Shown here: one piece after another, positions 24,502 to 32,000 of the stretch
Position numbering within the stretch: position 1 is the first letter of the stretch
Layout of the letters: the number at the start of each line of letters is the position of its first letter
From: Dickeya solani IPO 2222
Lineage (GTDB): Bacteria; Pseudomonadota; Gammaproteobacteria; Enterobacterales; Enterobacteriaceae
Direction: 5' to 3'
NCBI RefSeq assembly: GCF_001644705.1
Contig: NZ_CP015137.1
Coordinates: forward strand, 120,001 to 152,000
DNA length: 32,000 nucleotides
Position numbers and translations under genes: made by a program
The notes under the pieces: model-generated
Databases searched by the model: none
Told to the model about the DNA's origin: nothing
What the model saw: only the letters and a program-made list of their open reading frames with translations

Positions 24502-25790
24502 GCTGTTACTCCTCCCAGTGCCTGCAGGCGCAAGGCCACTCGCTCCAGCACCGCATCACGTAGCGCGTCATAACGGATCGCCTCCGTCAGTTCGGCGGCA
24601 AACGCGAAGATAATCATCTGTTGCGCCGCCTGTTCGCCGATACCGCGTGAACGCAGATAAAACAGTTGCTCTTCGTCGATACGCCCGACCGTCGCGCCGT
24701 GGCTGCATTTCACATCATCGGCGTAGATTTCCAACTGCGGTTTGGTGTCCACCTCCGCCAGTCGCCCCAGCAACAGGTTGTTGTTGGTCATCTTGCCGTC
24801 AGTCTTCAGTGCGCCGGGCGCCACCTTGATCAACCCGTTAAACACGCCGCGCGCCCGATCGCGCACAATCGCCTTGTGCAGCTGGCGGCTTTCGCCGAAC
24901 CCTTGATTATGTTCCAGATAAGTACGGGTATCGCACACCTCACTGCCGGTCGGCACCATCAGGCTGTTCATCGACAGCGTTACGCCTTCGCCGTTCATCT
25001 GTGCGCTGGTGTGATGGCGGGTCAGCCCGGCGCCCAGCAGAAAACTGTGACTGTGCAGTTGGGCGGCTCGCGCCAAACGTAAATCGTTGTGGGCGAAGTG
25101 ATAACTGTCGGCAGCCTCGAACCCCAGCTTGTAGTGCTCGGTGCGGCTATTTTCACCCGCGTCGATGGTCAGGCGCGCGCCGCTAAAGTAGGCCGCCTCT
25201 TCCAGACTGGCGTAATGCTCTATCAGCATGGCGCTGGCGCCTTCGCCGATACGCGCATGATGGCGATAATGCAGCGAGTTGAGCGCCGCCGGCCGGCCAC
25301 TGCTGATATGCAGCAGATAGAGCGGCTTCTCCGCCGTCACGCCGTTGCCGACCTGAATCAGCGTCTGTTCCGCCGCCAGGCTCTCCGTCAGGTGCAAAAA
25401 CACCTCCGGCTGAATGGGCGGCATACCAGACCGCCGCCGGGCTGACGGAATCACCTCTACCTGATACGGCCCGGTGTCGGCGTCGCTCAACGCAGGGCTA
25501 AAACGCCCGTCGACAAACACCAGTCGCCAGCCGTCGACCGGCAGCGCCAGCGCGTCGCGCTGCGCCGGCGTGACCTCGGTTTCGGTCACGACCGTGGCGA
25601 ATTCATGCTCAAGCAGCCGCTCCAGCGGCGTATATTTCCAGTGCTCCTGCTTGCGGTGGGGAATCCCCAGTTGCATGACCTGTTGCCAGTGCTGCCGCGC
25701 CTCATCGGCGCGCGGCGCCGCGATGTCAAACAGGCGTTGCCACTGTTGCAGCGCCTGTTGCGCTTTACTGTTGGTCGGTAAGCCAGCCAT
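24498..25790 (-). CDS. sufD: Fe-S cluster assembly protein SufD
   Basis: The 430-aa ORF begins MAGLPTNS... and contains ...[39 protein letters not shown]. Its stop overlaps the sufS start by 4 nt (ATGA). Confidence 0.93.
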
Positions 25791-26511
25791 AGCCCTGCTC
25801 CTCCAACTGTTTCACCAGCGAGAAATCCCCGGATTTCACAATCCGCCCCTGATAGAGCACGTGCACATAATCCGGCCGGATATAGTCCAGAATACGCTGG
25901 TAATGGGTAACGATGATAAAAGCGCGCTTGCCGTCGCGCAGCGCGTTGACGCCGCCGGAAACGATTTTCAGGGCGTCGATATCCAGCCCGGAGTCGGTTT
26001 CATCCAGGATGCACAGTTCGGGTTCCAGCACCGCCATTTGCAGAATATCGTTGCGCTTTTTCTCGCCGCCGGAAAAACCGACGTTGACCGAACGCGTCAG
26101 CAGGTCGTCCGGCATGTTCAGCAGCCGGATTTTATCGTCGATGAAATCCTCAAAGTCGAACCGGTCCAGCGTCGGTTGCTGGCGATAGGCGCGCACGGCG
26201 TTCAGCGCGGTTTGCAGGAAAAAGCGATTGCTGACGCCGGGGATCTCCACCGGGTACTGAAACGCCATAAAGATCCCTTCGCCGGCCCGTTCCTCCGGCG
26301 ACAGCTCCAGCAGATCTTTGCCCTTGAAACGCAGCGAACCGCCGGTGACCTCATAGTCCTCACGCCCAGCCAGCGTGGCGGACAGCGTACTCTTGCCCGA
26401 GCCGTTCGGCCCCATGATGGCGTGGACCTCGCCCGGATTAACCTGCAGGTTCAACCCGTTGATGATTGGCTTGTCTTCGACGCTGACGTTCAAGTTTTCA
26501 ATCGTTAACAT
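25765..26511 (-). CDS. sufC: Fe-S cluster assembly ATPase SufC
   Basis: I trimmed the ORF to the ATG at 26511 (MLTIENLNVSVEDKPIINGLNLQVNPGEVHAIMGPNGSGKSTL...). This gives 248 aa, the same as E. coli SufC. It has Walker A, the ABC signature FSGGEKKR and Walker B ILDETDSGLD. The 3' end overlaps the sufD start by 26 nt. Confidence 0.96.
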   Translation of the reverse strand: MLTIENLNVSVEDKPIINGLNLQVNPGEVHAIMGPNGSGKSTLSATLAGREDYEVTGGSLRFKGKDLLELSPEERAGEGIFMAFQYPVEIPGVSNRFFLQTALNAVRAYRQQPTLDRFDFEDFIDDKIRLLNMPDDLLTRSVNVGFSGGEKKRNDILQMAVLEPELCILDETDSGLDIDALKIVSGGVNALRDGKRAFIIVTHYQRILDYIRPDYVHVLYQGRIVKSGDFSLVKQLEEQGYGWLTDQQ

Positions 26512-26599
26512 ACTCTTACCCTTCCGGCGTCTTACCCGACGCTCATGATTATCAGCACCGCGATGCGGTGCATGGCGTGCCGTGGTGTTGGCGCATTCA

Positions 26600-28099
26600 T
26601 CAGCCCACACTGTGTTCGAGGCTGATGGACAACAATTTCTGGGCTTCCACCGCGAACTCCAGCGGCAGCTCCGAGAACACGTCTTTGCAGAAACCGTTCA
26701 CGATCATCGAGATGGCATCGTCTTCGCTGATACCGCGTTGCAGGCAATAGAACAGTTGATCCTCGCCGATACGCGAGGTGGTGGCTTCGTGTTCCAGCTG
26801 CGCGCTGTTGTTCCTCACTTCCACGTAGGGAAAGGTGTGCGCGCCGCAGTCGCTGCCGATCAGCATCGAATCGCACTGGGTGAAATTGCGCGCGTTGGTG
26901 GCGCTGGGCATGATCTTCACCAGTCCGCGATAGGTGTTCTCGCTGTGCCCGGCGGAAATCCCCTTGGCGATGATGGTCGAACGGGTGTTCTTGCCGATAT
27001 GGATCATCTTGGTGCCGGTATCCGCCTGCTGGTAGCCGCTGGTCAGCGCCACCGAGAAGAACTCGCCCACCGAATAGTCGCCGCGCAGGATCACGCTCGG
27101 ATATTTCCAGGTGATCGCCGACCCGGTTTCCGATTGCGTCCAGGACATTCGCGCATGGTCGCCGGCGCACAGCGCGCGTTTGGTCACGAAATTGAGAATG
27201 CCGCCTTCGCTACCCTGACCGGCGAACCAGTTCTGCACCGTGGAATATTTCACTTCGGCATTCTTGTTGACGATCACCTCCACCACCGCCGCATGCAGTT
27301 GGTAGCTATCGCGCACCGGCGCCGAGCAGCCCTCGATATAACTGACGTAGCTGTCGTCGTCGGCAATCAGAATGGTGCGCTCGAACTGGCCGGTCTTGGC
27401 GGCGTTGATGCGAAAATAGGTCGACAGTTCCATCGGGCAACGCACCCCTTTCGGGATGTAGACGAAGGTGCCGTCCGAGGCCACCGCGGCGTTTAACGCG
27501 GCGAAGAAATTGTCGTTGGCGGGCACCACTGTGCCCAGATACTGGCGCACCAGTTCCGGATGCGCCTGAATCGCTTCGCTGAACGAACAGAAGATGATGC
27601 CCTGCTTCGCCAGTTCATCCCGATAAGTGGTGGCGACGGACACCGAATCGAAAATGGCGTCGACCGCCACGTCTTTGCCTTCCCGTACCGGTACGCCCAG
27701 TTTGTCGAAAGCGTCTTCCACCTCACGGGTTAGATAATTACCGTGGGCGGCATCGCCGGCCGGCTGTTGCTGTGCGCCCGGCTGGGAACCGCAGCTGTCG
27801 TCGCACTGCCCGCAGGAAGGCGCGGAGTAATAGCTGTAGTCCTGATAGTTCAGCCGCTCGTAGTGTGCTTTCAGCCAGTGCGGTTCCTCCATCTGCAACC
27901 AGGCACGGTAGGCGCTGAGCCGGAACTCCAGCATCCACTCCGGTTCATTGCGTCTGGCGGAAATCGCCCGCACCACGTCTTCATTGATGCCATGGGCCAG
28001 TTGATCCATCGCCAGCTCGGTAAAAAAGCCTTCTTTGTAACGGCCGTCATCGAGCCAGGTCTGGACATCGTCGGATACGTCTACATTACTACGCGCCAT
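26600..28099 (-). CDS. sufB: Fe-S cluster scaffold protein SufB
   Basis: I trimmed the ORF to the ATG at 28099 ([61 protein letters not shown]...), giving 499 aa. It is collinear with E. coli SufB through to ...[11 protein letters not shown]. Confidence 0.96.
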   Translation of the reverse strand: MARSNVDVSDDVQTWLDDGRYKEGFFTELAMDQLAHGINEDVVRAISARRNEPEWMLEFRLSAYRAWLQMEEPHWLKAHYERLNYQDYSYYSAPSCGQCDDSCGSQPGAQQQPAGDAAHGNYLTREVEDAFDKLGVPVREGKDVAVDAIFDSVSVATTYRDELAKQGIIFCSFSEAIQAHPELVRQYLGTVVPANDNFFAALNAAVASDGTFVYIPKGVRCPMELSTYFRINAAKTGQFERTILIADDDSYVSYIEGCSAPVRDSYQLHAAVVEVIVNKNAEVKYSTVQNWFAGQGSEGGILNFVTKRALCAGDHARMSWTQSETGSAITWKYPSVILRGDYSVGEFFSVALTSGYQQADTGTKMIHIGKNTRSTIIAKGISAGHSENTYRGLVKIMPSATNARNFTQCDSMLIGSDCGAHTFPYVEVRNNSAQLEHEATTSRIGEDQLFYCLQRGISEDDAISMIVNGFCKDVFSELPLEFAVEAQKLLSISLEHSVG

Positions 28100-28113
28100 A
28101 ATCGTGTCGCCGC

Positions 28114-28485
28114 TTAAAGCCCAAAACTTTCGCCACATCCACAGGCATGGCGGGCTTTGGGGTTGTTGAATTTGAATACCTGATTGATGCCTTCCTGAAC
28201 AAAATCCACTTCCGTGCCGTCGAGAAACGGCATCGCCTTGAGCGGAATGAATAGCCGCGCGCCTTCGCGCTGATAGAGCTGATCGGTAGGGTCAGGCTGA
28301 TGCACCAGTTCCAGTACGTAACCGAACCCTGCACAACCGGACTGTTTAACCGCCAGCCGGATGCCCTGCACCGATTCATCCCGCTGCATCAGGTTACTGA
28401 TATGGGTCACGGCGCTATCGGTCAGCGTCAATCCCTGCCATGCCTGTTCGTCCAGTGAAAAAGTTTCTACATCGTGCGTTTGCAT
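28114..28485 (-). CDS. sufA: A-type Fe-S carrier SufA
   Basis: I trimmed the ORF to the ATG at 28485 ([25 protein letters not shown]...), which has a GAGGTGA SD and gives 123 aa. The C-terminal CGCGESF motif and GCAGFGY are present. Confidence 0.93.
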   Translation of the reverse strand: MQTHDVETFSLDEQAWQGLTLTDSAVTHISNLMQRDESVQGIRLAVKQSGCAGFGYVLELVHQPDPTDQLYQREGARLFIPLKAMPFLDGTEVDFVQEGINQVFKFNNPKARHACGCGESFGL

Positions 28486-28605
28486 CGGGATCACCTCGTT
28501 TGCTGTTATTGCCCCCCACACGGCGGGCTGTGATACCGACCGCATGACATCCGTTTCCTTCTGGTTGATTGATTCGGATATCGATACTGTCAGGACTCAT
28601 ACAAT

Positions 28606-28624
28606 GTTAATGATAATTATTACT
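28606..28624. promoter_or_regulatory. Fur box in the suf promoter region
   Basis: GTTAATGATAATTATTACT matches the Fur consensus GATAATGATAATCATTATC at 15 of 19 positions. It lies about 120 nt upstream of the sufA ATG. Fur control of suf is established in E. coli and Erwinia chrysanthemi. Confidence 0.6.
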
Positions 28625-28952
28625 ACATCAACCGTGTGATTGTGGGGCTTTTCCCGGTTACCGGGGTCAATACGTTCTATCCGCAACCGGTGTTTTCGGT
28701 GCTCATCACCCCAAAAACCAATAGCTGACTATTGATATAGCAAAACTTGATAACTTATACCTATGGTTTTGCCTGTTAGTGCTATCAACATTTTCTTATC
28801 ATCAGTATAACACCCCTGAATCAGTCTATTTTCTGAACGCCTCTGCTATGCCAAAAATTATCCGCTGAGAGCACATGGCGATAAATTCAGCACATTTCAT
28901 ACAGAAAATGCGATCGCGATCGCCTCTTACCAGCGAATGCATGCCGGAAGCG

Positions 28953-28981
28953 TTGCATGATGAGGCGCTTAAAAATATGAT
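28953..28981 (+). promoter_or_regulatory. Candidate sigma70 promoter of the 133-aa orphan ORF
   Basis: TTGCAT (28953-28958), an exactly 17-bp spacer, then TATGAT (28976-28981). The ATG lies 34 nt downstream of the -10 element. Confidence 0.45.
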
Positions 28982-28997
28982 AATGATTCTTATTTAA
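28979..28997. promoter_or_regulatory. Second Fur-box-like site, overlapping the -10 element and start region of the orphan ORF promoter
   Basis: GATAATGATTCTTATTTAA matches the 19-bp Fur consensus at 13 of 19 positions, and the first 9 nt (GATAATGAT) are perfect. Confidence 0.45.
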
Positions 28998-29014
28998 GAT
29001 GTGAGGTGCCGGAC

Positions 29015-29416
29015 ATGTTTCCGTTCAGAGCCTGGTTGCAGACGCAGATTGACGACTACCGGCGACAATTGCGTAATGCCACGATGGAATTTTATCTGGC
29101 GGAGTTATCGCTGGAGCGGGATGACGGCGAGATTGGCGAATTGCGGCACTACTACCTGACCGGTGTGCAAATGGCGGAACTGAGCCAGCAGCAGGGCGAC
29201 GAAAACAGTTACCTGTTCAGCCTGATCAAGATCCACCAGCGTCTGATTCATGAAATCAACAATACCGAGCGCGACCACTTATTCCGGGTGCAGAGTTACT
29301 ACTTTGCACGCCAGACGTTGCAGCACATTTGCACCCAGTTCAGCCTGATGGGTAACTGGGACAAAGCCACCGCCTTCCAAACCGATTTTATGCAGCGGGT
29401 GGCCTTTATCCCCTGA
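29015..29416 (+). CDS. Hypothetical 133-aa soluble, predicted helical protein with no family recognised
   Basis: The ATG at 29015 is preceded by a GAGGTG SD 6 nt upstream; the track starts the ORF at an upstream GTG at 29006. Third codon positions are G/C-rich like the neighbouring genes, and the frame is open for 133 codons. The sequence is MFPFRAWLQTQIDDYRRQLRNATMEFYLAELSLERDDGEIGELRHYYLTGVQMAELSQQQGDENSYLFSLIKIHQRLIHEINNTERDHLFRVQSYYFARQTLQHICTQFSLMGNWDKATAFQTDFMQRVAFIP. It occupies the slot where E. coli has ydiH, but it does not resemble YdiH as I recall it. Confidence 0.6.
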   Translation: MFPFRAWLQTQIDDYRRQLRNATMEFYLAELSLERDDGEIGELRHYYLTGVQMAELSQQQGDENSYLFSLIKIHQRLIHEINNTERDHLFRVQSYYFARQTLQHICTQFSLMGNWDKATAFQTDFMQRVAFIP

Positions 29417-29487
29417 TGTCTACGCAGTGTGCGGGGCTCACCCTGCCGGGCCAGACACTCGACAGGGGAGTGATGAATGGCGGGAGG

Positions 29488-29910
29488 TCAGGCATCCGGC
29501 GTGATCACCGCCGTGGTCAAGCGCGAGGTGCAACAGAGCCGGTCCCGGCCGTCAAAAATATCAATCTGCCAGACCTGTATCCGTTTGCCGGCGTGTAGCG
29601 CGCGGCACACGCCGCGCACCTCGCCTTCCGTCACCGCGCGCAGGTGGTTGGCGTTGATTTCTACCCCCACCACCCGCTGCTCGCCTTCCGAACACAGATA
29701 ACCGGCGATCGACCCCAGCGACTCCGCCAGCGCTACCGATGCGCCGCCATGCAGCAGCCCGAAAGGCTGACGCGTGCGATGATCCACCGGCATCACGCCT
29801 TCCAGCGTATCGTCGGTCAGGCGCGTCATACGGATGCCGATATGGCCGGCCATGCCGTCGACCGCCATCTGATTCAACTGCTCAATATCTACGGTACGTT
29901 TCCACAGCAT
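29488..29910 (-). CDS. menI: Hotdog-fold thioesterase, 1,4-dihydroxy-2-naphthoyl-CoA hydrolase (YdiI/MenI)
   Basis: MLWKRTVDIEQLNQMAVDGMAGHIGIRMTRLTDDTLEGVMPVDHRTRQPFGLLHGGASVALAESLGSIAGYLC... aligns with E. coli YdiI. The ATG at 29908-29910 overlaps the ydiJ TGA (29910-29912) in an ATGA arrangement. Confidence 0.9.
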   Translation of the reverse strand: MLWKRTVDIEQLNQMAVDGMAGHIGIRMTRLTDDTLEGVMPVDHRTRQPFGLLHGGASVALAESLGSIAGYLCSEGEQRVVGVEINANHLRAVTEGEVRGVCRALHAGKRIQVWQIDIFDGRDRLCCTSRLTTAVITPDA

Positions 29911-32000
29911 CACACCAGCTCCAGCAACGCCTGCAACGGATGTTTCAATCCACGCCCTTCCATACGCTTAACCTGACTGCGGCAGGAGTAGCCGGTGGTC
30001 AGACAGCGCGCCTGCGGCAACCGTTGCAGGGACGGCAGCCAGGAGAGAGCATAGATCCCCTGAGAGTGCGCCAGATTGCGGGTTTCATGGCCGTAGGTGC
30101 CCGCCATGCCGCAACAGCCGACGCTGACGTTTTCCAGCCGGGCGCCGAAATGGGCGAAAATAGCCGACCACTGTTGCCCGCTGACAGGCAGCGCCGTGGT
30201 TTCGGTGCAGTGACCGAACAGATACCACGGCTCGTCGCGCAGTGCCGCAGCGCGATCGTCGCGGCCGGTCAATAGCGCCGTCAGCCACTCATGCACCAGC
30301 TGCACCTGAAAATCGCCGCGCCGATCGCCCAACACTTCCCGGTATTCATCCCGGTAGCACAGCACCAGCGCCGGATCCACCCCCACCATCGGCAGCCCAA
30401 GACGAGCCACCCGGTTGAGGAATTCCGAGGTTTTGCCGGCGGTTTTGGCGAAGCGCTGCAGGAAGCCTTTGATATGCTGCGGCTTGCCGTTCGGCGAAAA
30501 CGGCAGCAGCACCGGCCGCAATCCCAGTTTTTCCACCAGCCGGACAAAATCCGCCACCACCTGCGCGTCGTAATAGCTGGTAAACGGGTCCTGCACGATC
30601 AGCACATGATCGGCGCGTGCCTGCGGCGACATCTGTTCCAGCTGCTCCAGCGTGGTGGTCATCACCCGGTGGCCGACAAATTGCTGGCGCAGCGACGGCG
30701 TCGACAGCAACGGCAAATCCACCATGCCGATGAACTTGCGGCTGACCGCATTGACCCACGGCTGGCGCAGGAAAAAGTTGAAGGTTTTCGGGCTATGCGC
30801 CATCAGCGGGGCGTAACTTTCCACGCCGGCCACCAGATAGTCCCGCGCCGGCCGCAGATAGCGGGTGTGGTACAACTGCAGGAAACGGGCGCGAAAACCG
30901 GGAACGTCAATCTTGATCGGGCACTGGGTGGAACAGGCTTTGCAGGCCAGACAGCCGGACATCGCCTCCTTAACCTCGTGCGAGAAATCATATACGCCCT
31001 GACGCGCGGCCAGCGTATTACGGGTTTTGGCGATCAGCCCGCGGAAACTGACGCGCTGATGCGGCAACGCGTTTTCCAACGCCAGCGGATCCACGCCCTG
31101 TTCCGATAGCAGACGCAACCACTCGCGCACCAGCGTGGCGCGGCCTTTGGGCGAATGGATACGATTGCCGGTGATTTTCATCGACGGGCACATCGGGCTG
31201 CGAGTGTCGAAGTTGAAGCACAGACCGTTGCCGTTGCACTCCATCGCGCCGCGGTACGCGGTGCGCACCGTCAGCGGAATCTGCCGATCGTAGGTGCCGC
31301 GTTTCACCGCATCCACCTTCATCATCGGCGCATCTACCCCCAGCGGCGCACAGATCTTGCCGGGGTTAAGGCGGTTGTCCGGGTCGAACGCCGCCTTGAC
31401 CCGGCGCAGCTCCTCATACAGTTCCGGCCCGAAGAATGCCGGGCTGTATTCGGCGCGGAAACCTTTGCCGTGCTCGCCCCACAGCAAACCGCCATATTTG
31501 GCGGTCAGCGCCACGATCTGATCGGACAGTTGCTTCATCAGCACTTCCTGCTGCGGGTCGCACATATCCAGCGCCGGACGCACATGCAACACACCGGCGT
31601 CCACATGGCCGAACATGCCGTAACTCAGATTGTGGCTGTCCAACAGCGCACGGAACTCGGTGATATAATCCGCCAGATGCTGAGGCGGTACGCAGGTATC
31701 TTCGGCAAACGGAATCGGTTTTGCCTGCCCTTTGCTGTTGCCCAGCAGGCCGACCGCTTTCTTGCGCATGCCGTAAATACGTTCGATGCCTGCCAGCTCA
31801 CGGCAAACCTGATAGCCGATCACTCCCGCCTCGCGGGCCGCCAGCAGCCCATCCAGGCGTTCGCACAGCGACGCCACCTGGCCGTCGATAAGCGGTTCGT
31901 CGTCGCCGGCGAACTCGACAATGTTCAGCCCCAGCATCTCCTCGCCGGGCACATCGGTAATCAGCTCGCTGACCGAGTGCCACACGATGTCTTCGCGCGC
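29910..32000 (-). CDS. ydiJ: FAD-linked oxidase / Fe-S oxidoreductase YdiJ, C-terminal ~695 codons (5' end beyond the window)
   Basis: The frame stays open to the window edge. The sequence contains FAD-oxidase C-terminal features, a 4Fe-4S ferredoxin-like CxxCxxC segment (GCLACKACSTQCP) and CCG-type Cys-rich domains (VGCCGMAGTYG). It is syntenic upstream of menI, as in E. coli. Confidence 0.9.
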   Translation of the reverse strand, partial: AREDIVWHSVSELITDVPGEEMLGLNIVEFAGDDEPLIDGQVASLCERLDGLLAAREAGVIGYQVCRELAGIERIYGMRKKAVGLLGNSKGQAKPIPFAEDTCVPPQHLADYITEFRALLDSHNLSYGMFGHVDAGVLHVRPALDMCDPQQEVLMKQLSDQIVALTAKYGGLLWGEHGKGFRAEYSPAFFGPELYEELRRVKAAFDPDNRLNPGKICAPLGVDAPMMKVDAVKRGTYDRQIPLTVRTAYRGAMECNGNGLCFNFDTRSPMCPSMKITGNRIHSPKGRATLVREWLRLLSEQGVDPLALENALPHQRVSFRGLIAKTRNTLAARQGVYDFSHEVKEAMSGCLACKACSTQCPIKIDVPGFRARFLQLYHTRYLRPARDYLVAGVESYAPLMAHSPKTFNFFLRQPWVNAVSRKFIGMVDLPLLSTPSLRQQFVGHRVMTTTLEQLEQMSPQARADHVLIVQDPFTSYYDAQVVADFVRLVEKLGLRPVLLPFSPNGKPQHIKGFLQRFAKTAGKTSEFLNRVARLGLPMVGVDPALVLCYRDEYREVLGDRRGDFQVQLVHEWLTALLTGRDDRAAALRDEPWYLFGHCTETTALPVSGQQWSAIFAHFGARLENVSVGCCGMAGTYGHETRNLAHSQGIYALSWLPSLQRLPQARCLTTGYSCRSQVKRMEGRGLKHPLQALLELV

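Noticed and set aside
28653-28665. Palindrome CCCGGT-T-ACCGGG upstream of suf, considered as an IscR type-2 or OxyR site
   Set aside because: It could not be aligned to the IscR type-2 pattern (AxxxCCxxAxxxxxxxTAxGGxxxT) or to an OxyR tetranucleotide array in any register. It is noted only as a palindrome.

Overview
This window looks like conserved enterobacterial core chromosome. By gene content, roughly mid-50s % GC judged by eye, and an arb-type beta-glucoside operon, it is probably a soft-rot Pectobacteriaceae genome such as Dickeya; that assignment is inference. The gene order follows the E. coli K-12 slyB-to-ydiJ region as I remember it: slyB', slyA, ydhL, gloA, rnt, grxD, mepH, ynhF, purR, cfa, ribC, mdtK, two tRNA-Val(GAC), pykF, lpp, ldtE, sufEDSCBA (minus strand), menI and ydiJ'. 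One accessory block sits between the tRNA-Val pair and pykF. It is an aryl-beta-glucoside locus (antiterminator arbG, PTS EIIBCA arbF, phospho-beta-glucosidase arbB, BglH-type porin) with two RAT/terminator riboswitch-like elements, extended at its 3' end by a signal-peptide-bearing alpha/beta-hydrolase esterase. I found no CRISPR array, transposase, integrase, phage gene or recognisable defence system. The observations most worth a second look are: (1) the exported esterase appended to the arb/porin operon; (2) an unassignable 133-aa ORF divergent from suf whose predicted promoter is overlapped by a Fur-box-like site; (3) two ERIC repeats, one inside the arbF leader; (4) a 29-aa YnhF-like membrane peptide missed by the ORF track; (5) unusually long intra-operon spacers in suf; and (6) two tRNA-Val genes split by a 426-bp spacer, each with its own stringent-type promoter. 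Most long ORFs in the track that lie antisense to these genes are GC-driven artefacts. Several track ORFs also carry spurious N-terminal extensions, which I trimmed using homolog N-termini and Shine-Dalgarno (SD) positions.
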